DNA of 64,000 nucleotides from an uncultured Clostridia bacterium (GTDB lineage Bacteria; Bacillota; Clostridia; TANB77; CAG-508): NCBI GenBank assembly GCA_944387445.1, contig CALXEX010000001.1, positions 870 to 64,869 of the forward strand, read 5' to 3'. Shown piece by piece: positions 57,533 to 64,000 of this stretch (position 1 is its first letter; each line of letters starts with the position of its first letter). The notes under the pieces were generated by a model. It saw only the letters and a program-made list of their open reading frames with translations, ran no database searches and was not told where the DNA came from. The position numbers and the translations under genes were made by a program.

Positions 57533-58135
57533 TTATTTTATTTTACTAACCGCTAATCCATCTCCTACTTCTAAAATTTCTGTCTCAAGATTTGGATTTT
57601 CGCTTACTTCCTTTATATATTCTCTTAAATTTCTAACTGCTGTTCTTTGTTTATGTTTGTTATAATCACTCATAACATAGCCTTTATATAAGATATTATC
57701 TGCAAAAATAATTCCATCTTTATGAATCATTCTTAATGCTTCTTTTAAGAAAAATGGATATTTTCCTTTAGCTGCATCTATAAATACCACATCATATTGC
57801 TGATTTAATGTTGGTAAAATTTCTACGGCATCTCCTTCATAAATGTTTATTTTACCTTCTACTTCTGCTAATTTGATATTTTTCTTTGCCTCTTCTACTC
57901 TATCAGCTTCTCTTTCAATGGTATCAATGACACCATTTTCTGCTAGAAATTCTGTAAAGCAAATTGCAGAATATCCAACTGCTGTTCCAATTTCTAGTAT
58001 TCTGTTAGGCTTATTTTTGCTTAAATATTTTTCAATAACTTCCAATGTTTCGTCCATAATGATTGGAATATGTTCTTCTAATGCTTTTTGTTTTATTTTT
58101 TCTAATTCTATGATATTCAATTCTAGTTCCTCCAT
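57533..58135 (-). CDS. Class I SAM-dependent O-methyltransferase (YrrM/TrmR-like)
   Basis: 200-aa ORF with ILEIGTAVGYSA (SAM motif I) and FIDAAKGKY. Confidence 0.75.
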   Translation of the reverse strand: MEELELNIIELEKIKQKALEEHIPIIMDETLEVIEKYLSKNKPNRILEIGTAVGYSAICFTEFLAENGVIDTIEREADRVEEAKKNIKLAEVEGKINIYEGDAVEILPTLNQQYDVVFIDAAKGKYPFFLKEALRMIHKDGIIFADNILYKGYVMSDYNKHKQRTAVRNLREYIKEVSENPNLETEILEVGDGLAVSKIK

Positions 58136-58686
58136 ATAACCAGTTTATCATTTAGTTTCTGATAAATTGGTACCATTTTCGGTTCATTGGTTACTTCTGT
58201 TACTTTGTCAATATCTATCCATTTTACACCACTATTTTCATCTTCTTTTATCTTAAGTTGTTCATTTTCATCAGCTTCTAGTAAATAGCAACAATCTAGA
58301 TGTAAGTGAGATGGTACAAATTTTCCTCTTTTTATATGACTATCTACCGTAAGAATTTCTAAACCATATATGCCATCGCTTAATACTTTCAAATGTTTTA
58401 GTCCTGTTTCTTCTTCAGCTTCTTTCAAAGCAACATGTAGCAAGTTTCCGTCTCCGTCTGCATGTCCGCCTGTCCATGCCCATGATTTGTAAATATTATG
58501 ATAAATCATTAATACCTTTGTTCTTTCTTTGTTCACAATCCAATTAGATGCTGTGAAATGACACATTTTATTTTCTCTAGTTAATACATCTGTAAATGTA
58601 TTTATATATTCTAGCATCATTTCTTTATCTACTTGTTCTTGTTCATTAAAAGGTTCAAATTGTTCTATTTGCTCTTTTAGATTCAT
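58123..58686 (-). CDS. NUDIX hydrolase
   Basis: 187-aa ORF with the Nudix box GGHADGDGNLLHVALKEAEEETGL. Confidence 0.8.
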   Translation of the reverse strand: MNLKEQIEQFEPFNEQEQVDKEMMLEYINTFTDVLTRENKMCHFTASNWIVNKERTKVLMIYHNIYKSWAWTGGHADGDGNLLHVALKEAEEETGLKHLKVLSDGIYGLEILTVDSHIKRGKFVPSHLHLDCCYLLEADENEQLKIKEDENSGVKWIDIDKVTEVTNEPKMVPIYQKLNDKLVIWRN

Positions 58687-58720
58687 TTCTTATCTTTCCT
58701 ATCTTTCTATTCGTCTACTA

Positions 58721-58783
58721 TTGGGTGACCAAAAAGGTCCAAAAGGATCTGATCACAATGGTCCCAATGAACCCAATGGACCC
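58721..58783. repeat. GC-rich GGWCC/CCCAATG module of the intergenic repeat family
   Basis: ttgGGTGACCaaaaaGGTCCaaaaggatctgatcacaatGGTCCCAATGAACCCAATGGACCC abuts the typA stop codon. Confidence 0.8.
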
Positions 58784-60597
58784 TATTTATTTCTATTTGC
58801 TCTTTCTCTTTCCTTTGTATCCAATATTTTCTTTCTTAAACGAATTGATTTTGGTGTTACTTCTACCAATTCATCATCTTGGATAAATTCAATTGCCTTT
58901 TCTAGTGACATTTGGATTGGTGGTACTAAACGTAATGCATCATCTGAACCAGATGCTCTTGTATTTGTTAAATGTTTTTCTTTACATACATTGATTGCTA
59001 AGTCTTCTCCTCTTGAGTTTAATCCTACAATCATTCCTTCATATACTTCTACACCAGGTCCGATGAATAAATCACCTTTATCTTGTGCATTGTATAATCC
59101 ATATGTTACAGATTTTCCTGCTTCAAATGCAACAATTGTTCCTCTAACACGTGCTTGGATATCTCCTTTATATGGTTGGTATGAATCAAATATGTGATTC
59201 ATAGTTCCTTCACCTTTTGTGTCTGTTAAAAATTCTGTTCTATATCCAATTAAGCCTCTTGCTGGAATCTTAAATTCAATTTTTGTATGTCCGTCTTCAG
59301 CTGGTTCCATATTTACCATTTCTGCTTTTCTTCTTCCTAATTTTTCGATAACATTTCCTACACAGTCATCTGGAACATTTACTACTAAATCTTCTATTGG
59401 CTCACATTTTACCCCATCAATTTCTTTAAAGATAACTTTTGGACGAGATACTAATAGTTCAAATCCTTCTCTTCTCATGGTTTCTATTAATACTGATAAG
59501 TGTAATTCTCCTCTTCCTGATACTTCAAAAGAATCTGGTGAATCTGTTTCTTTTACTCTTAATGATACATTTCTTTCTAGTTCTTTGAATAATCTATCTC
59601 TGATGTGACGAGATGTAATAAATTGTCCTTCTTTTCCTGCAAATGGTCCATTATTAACACTAAATGTCATAGATACAGTTGGTTCATCAATATCTACAAA
59701 TGGTATCTTTTCTGGATGATTAAAATCACAAATGGTATCTCCAATGTTGATATCTGGTAAACCTGCCAATTCGATAATGTCTCCTGCTTTTCCCTCTTCT
59801 ACTTCTACCTTATTTAATCCAACATGTGTGTATACTTTTGCAACTCTTCCTTGTGTAATTTTATCTTCTTTTCCACAGATGGCAACTGGCATTCCATCTT
59901 TTATAATTCCTCTTTCTACTCTTCCTATGGCAATTCTTCCAACATAATCATCATAATCAATGTTAGATACTAACATTTGAGCTGGTCCATCTTCATCACA
60001 ATCTGGTGGTTGAATTGTATTAACAATTGTTTCGAATAAACAATGTAAATCTGTTGTTTCTTCATTTAAATCCATTTTAGCAATTCCATTTTTAGCTGAA
60101 GCATATACAACTGGGAAATCTAATTGTTCATCATTTGCATCTAACTCAATGAATAATTCAATAACTTGGTCTACAACTTTTTCTGGGGTTGCTCCTGGCC
60201 TATCGATTTTATTAATCACCACGATTGGTTTTAAACCTAAAGCCAATGATTTCTTTAAAACCTCTCTTGTTTGTGGCATGGCACCTTCAAAGGCATCAAC
60301 TAATAAAAGTACCCCGTCAACAGTTTTAAGTACTCTTTCTACCTCTCCACCAAAATCTGCGTGTCCTGGTGTATCCACAATATTAATTTTGATATCATGA
60401 TACATAACAGATGTATTTTTAGAAAGAATAGTAATTCCTCTTTCCTTTTCCAAATCGTTAGAGTCCATAATTCTTTCTGCTACTTGTTCATTTTCTCTAA
60501 ACACATGGCTTTGTTTTAACATGGCATCTACCAATGTTGTTTTTCCATGGTCTACGTGTGCGATAATTGCAATATTTCTAATGTTTTTGTTGTTCAT
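58783..60597 (-). CDS. typA: Translational GTPase TypA/BipA
   Basis: NIRNIAIIAHVDHGKTT, DTPGHADF and NKID, with an EF-G-like domain organisation. The ATG at 60597 is preceded by GGGAG. The ORF-track N-terminal extension is repeat-derived. Confidence 0.93.
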   Translation of the reverse strand: MNNKNIRNIAIIAHVDHGKTTLVDAMLKQSHVFRENEQVAERIMDSNDLEKERGITILSKNTSVMYHDIKINIVDTPGHADFGGEVERVLKTVDGVLLLVDAFEGAMPQTREVLKKSLALGLKPIVVINKIDRPGATPEKVVDQVIELFIELDANDEQLDFPVVYASAKNGIAKMDLNEETTDLHCLFETIVNTIQPPDCDEDGPAQMLVSNIDYDDYVGRIAIGRVERGIIKDGMPVAICGKEDKITQGRVAKVYTHVGLNKVEVEEGKAGDIIELAGLPDINIGDTICDFNHPEKIPFVDIDEPTVSMTFSVNNGPFAGKEGQFITSRHIRDRLFKELERNVSLRVKETDSPDSFEVSGRGELHLSVLIETMRREGFELLVSRPKVIFKEIDGVKCEPIEDLVVNVPDDCVGNVIEKLGRRKAEMVNMEPAEDGHTKIEFKIPARGLIGYRTEFLTDTKGEGTMNHIFDSYQPYKGDIQARVRGTIVAFEAGKSVTYGLYNAQDKGDLFIGPGVEVYEGMIVGLNSRGEDLAINVCKEKHLTNTRASGSDDALRLVPPIQMSLEKAIEFIQDDELVEVTPKSIRLRKKILDTKERERANRNK

Positions 60598-60621
60598 TTT
60601 ATTACTCCCTTTCATTTTATC

Positions 60622-60697
60622 ATGTCGCATTAAGTTCGTTTGTCTATGCGACATTTTCTCTCAAATGTCACAAATGAATCTGATCCCAATGCGACAT
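60622..60697. repeat. Hairpin A plus a degenerate hairpin B, in the typA leader
   Basis: ATGTCGCATtaagttcgtttgtctATGCGACAT, a 10-nt spacer, then ATGTCACAAatgaatctgatcccaATGCGACAT. Confidence 0.85.
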
Positions 60698-60791
60698 TTA
60701 TTAAGACGTTTTCCAAAGTTTTTCTTGAAAAACGCCTAACTCTCTAAAAATCAGCTTATAAAATTATACACCTATTTGGTGGTTTTGTCAA

Positions 60792-62093
60792 TTAATTTTT
60801 CAAACAACCAATTGGCACTACTAATACATTGTTTTCTGTTGTATATGCTATATCTGTACCTGTAATGATCATCAAGAATTCTGGTTCACCTATTTTAGGT
60901 TGGTTTTGCAATATTAATTTTTTTAATGTTAATAAATGTTCTTCTGCCTCTTTTATTCTTGTTCCACCTAATTTCACTTCAATTAATGCATATCTTCCAT
61001 CATTGAAATGAATAACATTATCACATTCCAACTGGTACCTATCTCTATAATGTTTTAAATTTCCACCTATTGCATTTACATATACACTTAAATCCCTATT
61101 TACAAGATTTTCAAATAATAATCCATATGTTCTTATATCTAACATAATTTCTTTAGGTGACACTCCTAATGCAGCTATGGCTAAAGAAGGATCTATCATA
61201 CTTTTCTTTGGAGATGTTCTAATGGCTGTTTTACTTCTTATATTAGGATTCCATGCTTCTATTTCTTCTATAATATACAATTTTTTTAATACAGTTAGAT
61301 ATTCTATAATTGTTCTATCACTAACATTTGAATAATTTGCTTTTACGTCTTCAATTAATGCTTGATCAGAATTTATTGTTGATACTTGTCTTGCATATGC
61401 CTTTAATATGGCTCTAGCAAGATTAGGATTTCTACTTGTACCATCTATTCTTGAAATATCTGATTCACATAGTACATCAATATAATTTTTTGATATTTCT
61501 AAAGCTTCTTTCTCAGGTAATTTTATCGCATTTGGCCAACCACCTCTACATAAAACATATGCTATTTTTTCATATTCTAAATCTGTCTTTATTCCATCAA
61601 TTTCTCTATTTCCTTCTAAAATTTCTTTTAGCGATATTTTTCCATTTGAATCTCCACTTTCATATAATGTCATTGGTTTCATAGTAACAAAAGCAAATCT
61701 TCCCACACCACTATGTAGAGAAGGATCCTCTGTTGGTGTCGCAGAACCTGTAAGGATATATTGGTTTGGAAGTCCTATATTATCTATGGAATATCTAACT
61801 GCATTCCATAATTTAGGGACTAATTGCCATTCATCTATTAATCTTGGTTTTTCTCCTTCTAATAGCAATGATGGTTTTGTATTTGCTAGTTCTATATAAT
61901 TTTCTTGTAAATCTGGATTTTGCATTTCTAAAACACTTTTCGCTATTTGTTTTGCACTAGTTGTTTTTCCACACCATTTTGGTCCTTTTATTAAAACTGC
62001 TCCCATTATTTTTAATTTATTTTTAATTTCTTCATCGACAATTCTTTTTATATATTCCACAAAATCACCTTCTTTTTTTATTATATCAATCAT
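60792..62093 (-). CDS. AAA-family ATP-binding protein (AAA_14 + DUF4143 architecture)
   Basis: 433-aa ORF with P-loop GPKWCGKTT and Walker B-like LIDEWQ. The C-terminal region is typical of DUF4143 proteins. Confidence 0.7.
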   Translation of the reverse strand: MIDIIKKEGDFVEYIKRIVDEEIKNKLKIMGAVLIKGPKWCGKTTSAKQIAKSVLEMQNPDLQENYIELANTKPSLLLEGEKPRLIDEWQLVPKLWNAVRYSIDNIGLPNQYILTGSATPTEDPSLHSGVGRFAFVTMKPMTLYESGDSNGKISLKEILEGNREIDGIKTDLEYEKIAYVLCRGGWPNAIKLPEKEALEISKNYIDVLCESDISRIDGTSRNPNLARAILKAYARQVSTINSDQALIEDVKANYSNVSDRTIIEYLTVLKKLYIIEEIEAWNPNIRSKTAIRTSPKKSMIDPSLAIAALGVSPKEIMLDIRTYGLLFENLVNRDLSVYVNAIGGNLKHYRDRYQLECDNVIHFNDGRYALIEVKLGGTRIKEAEEHLLTLKKLILQNQPKIGEPEFLMIITGTDIAYTTENNVLVVPIGCLKN

Positions 62094-62121
62094 TAATTAT
62101 ATTATACCATTTTTTTGAAAT

Positions 62122-62213
62122 CATTTCAATAATTTGCGGTATTTTATTTCAAAGATTTGTGGTGATTCATTTCAAAGATTTGTGGTGATTTATTTCATTA
62201 TTCTACGCTTTTC
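62122..62213. repeat. Four tandem 23-nt direct repeats (two near-identical, two degenerate)
   Basis: catttcaataatttgcggtattt / tatttcaaagatttgtggtgatt / catttcaaagatttgtggtgatt / tatttcattattctacgcttttc. Confidence 0.85.
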
Positions 62214-62358
62214 ACTTTATAAATTTCTATTTTAATGAGTTTTATTTGACAATCATTACCATTTATGTTGAGTTTATAGCAATGCACTAAGCATTTGTAA
62301 CTTTGGCAACGGTAAGCTTGCTAACAACCTTGATTCAATTGAAAGGAAGGAGATTATT

Positions 62359-62556
62359 ATGGAATCTGTTGGATTAATAACAAACCAAAAAGAACCAATC
62401 AAGGCTCCTTAAATTCCACATATTTCTGAGAGGCCAAGTGCCTTTACAGATATGTGGGATGATGTCGTTCAGTCTCCAAAAGGAAAAATTGGACGTGTTT
62501 GGAGTGCCAGTTTCCTTGATCATTCGGCAGAAGATTGGCTGAATCTCTTAGAATAA
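62359..62556 (+). pseudogene. 65-codon ORF broken by one in-frame TAA, in a locally less AT-rich segment
   Basis: RBS GGAAGGAG, then MESVGLITNQKEPIKAP*IPHISERPSAFTDMWDDVVQSPKGKIGRVWSASFLDHSAEDWLNLLE*. A clean terminator follows. I recognise no family. Confidence 0.35.
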
Positions 62557-62587
62557 AATTAGATTCTTTTCTATAAAATAACAAAAC

Positions 62588-62623
62588 AACCGAGTCGCTT
62601 ACCACTCGGTTTATTTATTTTTT
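62588..62623 (+). terminator. Rho-independent terminator
   Basis: Stem AACCGAGT / ACTCGGTT with an 8-nt loop, followed by TATTTATTTTTT. Confidence 0.7.
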
Positions 62624-62664
62624 AATTTATTCTATAAAATTGGTTTTTCTGAAATAAAAATATC

Positions 62665-63729
62665 CTACACAGTTATGCCCATACTTTGCAAAAAGTTTGC
62701 ACTATCACTTTCATTAACAATGGATTCCATCTCTTTTTCATCAAATATCTCAAATTTTGTATTCTTATATTGTACATTGACATCTAGTGCTATTGCATAT
62801 GGGATATAGCTTTCATATATGGCAATTTCTTCTATTGTTCTTTCCTTTAACAATGTATACTCTTGTATAAATTTTTTAAATTTCATCCATTTTTTTAATT
62901 CACTTTCACCATAGGAACTTAAAAATACATTTGTATTTTCAGAACTTTTCATAAAGTTGGCAAATAGATAGCCTACGATTGTTCCTAAAAAAGCACCACC
63001 GATTGCCCCTACTATCATTGTCATAAAAGCATAACCTGTTTTGCTTCCACCTATCCATCCGATAATGCCACCAATAATAACCATACATATTATCATAATA
63101 AAAATGATTTTTTTGGATTTGTCATCATTTTTTTCTTTAGCAAATTTTCTTATTTTATATTCCTCTAATACTAATCGTTTCCATGAACTAAAATCAAAGC
63201 TTACATTTTGCTGATTATTGATTAATGTTCTAATGATATATAATTGACTTTGGCTAGTAACTTGGTTTTTATAATCTTCTTTTGCTAAATAAAAATGGAT
63301 TTTTGTTTCTCCTTGTTCATTACTTTTAGATATATTAATTATCTTTTGGGCATACAATTCCATTATATCTGCTATCAAATCTTTATATCGTAATTTTTGA
63401 TTTATTAAATATCCTACAATAGATGGTGGATATTCTGTTGATATCTCTCTGTTTAAATAATCGATATCTTCATAACTTTCTTTTTGGTATTTTAGATTTC
63501 TATACTTTTTATAAATAAATGCAAATATACCAAATAAAATCGCTATATAGATAACTATAAAAATAGGGTTAAATATGATGGCTGTACCAAATTGTACATA
63601 TACATATATAATCAGAGCTAGAATTGTTACAACTAATCCAATTGCTTTAACTGTCTTATTTTTGCTATTACTAAGTCCAATAGCTAGCATAAATAACAAT
63701 ATGATAATGGCATATCTTAGCATATACAT
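62665..63729 (-). CDS. DUF2207-like membrane protein (lacks the large N-terminal ectodomain)
   Basis: 354-aa ORF with YPPSIVGYLINQK...IADIMELYAQK, Gly-rich TM helices (GGIIGWIGG, GAIGGAFLGTIVGYLF) and YIPYAIALDV. Confidence 0.55.
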   Translation of the reverse strand: MYMLRYAIIILLFMLAIGLSNSKNKTVKAIGLVVTILALIIYVYVQFGTAIIFNPIFIVIYIAILFGIFAFIYKKYRNLKYQKESYEDIDYLNREISTEYPPSIVGYLINQKLRYKDLIADIMELYAQKIINISKSNEQGETKIHFYLAKEDYKNQVTSQSQLYIIRTLINNQQNVSFDFSSWKRLVLEEYKIRKFAKEKNDDKSKKIIFIMIICMVIIGGIIGWIGGSKTGYAFMTMIVGAIGGAFLGTIVGYLFANFMKSSENTNVFLSSYGESELKKWMKFKKFIQEYTLLKERTIEEIAIYESYIPYAIALDVNVQYKNTKFEIFDEKEMESIVNESDSANFLQSMGITV

Positions 63730-63738
63730 ATATTTCTC

Positions 63739-64000
63739 CTAACTAGCAAGCTCTATAATCTTACTCATAATTTCTTCTGTTACTTTGTCTAATACTTCTT
63801 TATCTTTACTTCCTTTATACTGACTATAATCTAATGGCTCTCCATAAGATATTGTGATTTTATGATGATCTTTTGTTCCACCTTTTATACCACAAGGCAC
63901 AACTTTTGCTCCACTTCTTATAGCAAAAAAGGCAACACCATCTTTTACTTTTTCTCCTTTTTCTAAACCATTTCTAGTTCCTTCTGGAAATAAAGCAATA
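63739..64000 (-). CDS. plsC: 1-acyl-sn-glycerol-3-phosphate acyltransferase (PlsC-family), 3' part only, truncated by the window edge
   Basis: Minus-strand translation reads ...IALFPEGTRNGLEKGEKVKDGVAFFAIRSGAKVVPCGIKGG...ELAS*, which contains the FPEGTR motif. Confidence 0.7.
   Translation of the reverse strand, partial: IALFPEGTRNGLEKGEKVKDGVAFFAIRSGAKVVPCGIKGGTKDHHKITISYGEPLDYSQYKGSKDKEVLDKVTEEIMSKIIELAS

Noticed and set aside
58721-59197. Plus-strand ORF starting MGDQKGPKGSDHNGPNEPNGP, which looks like a collagen-like Gly-Pro repeat protein. A similar ORF at 12378-12605 starts MSGPLGPGPDGPKF.
   Set aside because: The GP-rich part is just the translation of the GGWCC/CCCAATG intergenic repeat. 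The rest of each ORF is antisense to a well-supported gene (typA, and the membrane protein). There is no RBS.
62122-62213. Possible CRISPR array
   Set aside because: The repeats are directly adjacent with no unique spacers, only four units are present (two degenerate), and no cas genes are in the window.

Overview
Visibly AT-rich, gene-dense chromosomal segment from a low-GC, spore-forming Firmicute (an intact sigK is present), read with the standard bacterial code. I found no rRNA, tRNA, CRISPR array, IS element or prophage.

Most genes are housekeeping and lie on the minus strand:
- DNA repair and replication: radA-disA, polA-coaE, ruvB
- Heat shock: hrcA-grpE-(CYTH)-dnaK-dnaJ, with two CIRCE operators
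- Translation and metabolism: serS, purA, engB, gltX, typA, mtaB, queH, and a cysK-like gene

There are also several cell-envelope blocks:
- Two polytopic membrane proteins next to an FAD oxidoreductase
- An LtaS-family enzyme followed by an Alg14/Alg13-like pair
- A DUF368 membrane protein and an SLT transglycosylase
- A sortase operon encoding an LPITG protein and a 1997-aa DUF11/CnaB/vWA adhesin

Observations worth a second look:
1. A compact operon of six ORFs with no family I can assign (31345-34133). Its last gene has a paralog coupled to a peptide-deformylase/HAD fusion at 17252-19297.
2. A 717-aa protein whose core carries degenerate RelA/SpoT-type (small alarmone synthetase-like) motifs. 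It sits on the opposite strand between a U32 peptidase gene and an O-methyltransferase gene.
3. A mosaic intergenic repeat family, made of ATGTCGCAT...ATGCGACAT hairpins plus GC-rich GGWCC/CCCAATG modules, at about ten loci. It is usually oriented with the downstream gene and in one case supplies the 3' end of a CDS.
4. Three promoter regions, each with three 11-bp-phased TGTAAY half-sites that fit the WalR-type TGTWAH-N5-TGTWAH consensus.
5. A 1-nt frameshift in mreB.
6. Unusual fusions (CoaE-HD, PDF-HAD) and a CYTH gene inside the dnaK operon.
7. A less AT-rich segment with 23-nt tandem repeats and an ORF broken by an in-frame stop.

All functional calls come from motifs read by eye in the supplied translations. 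None has been checked against a database.
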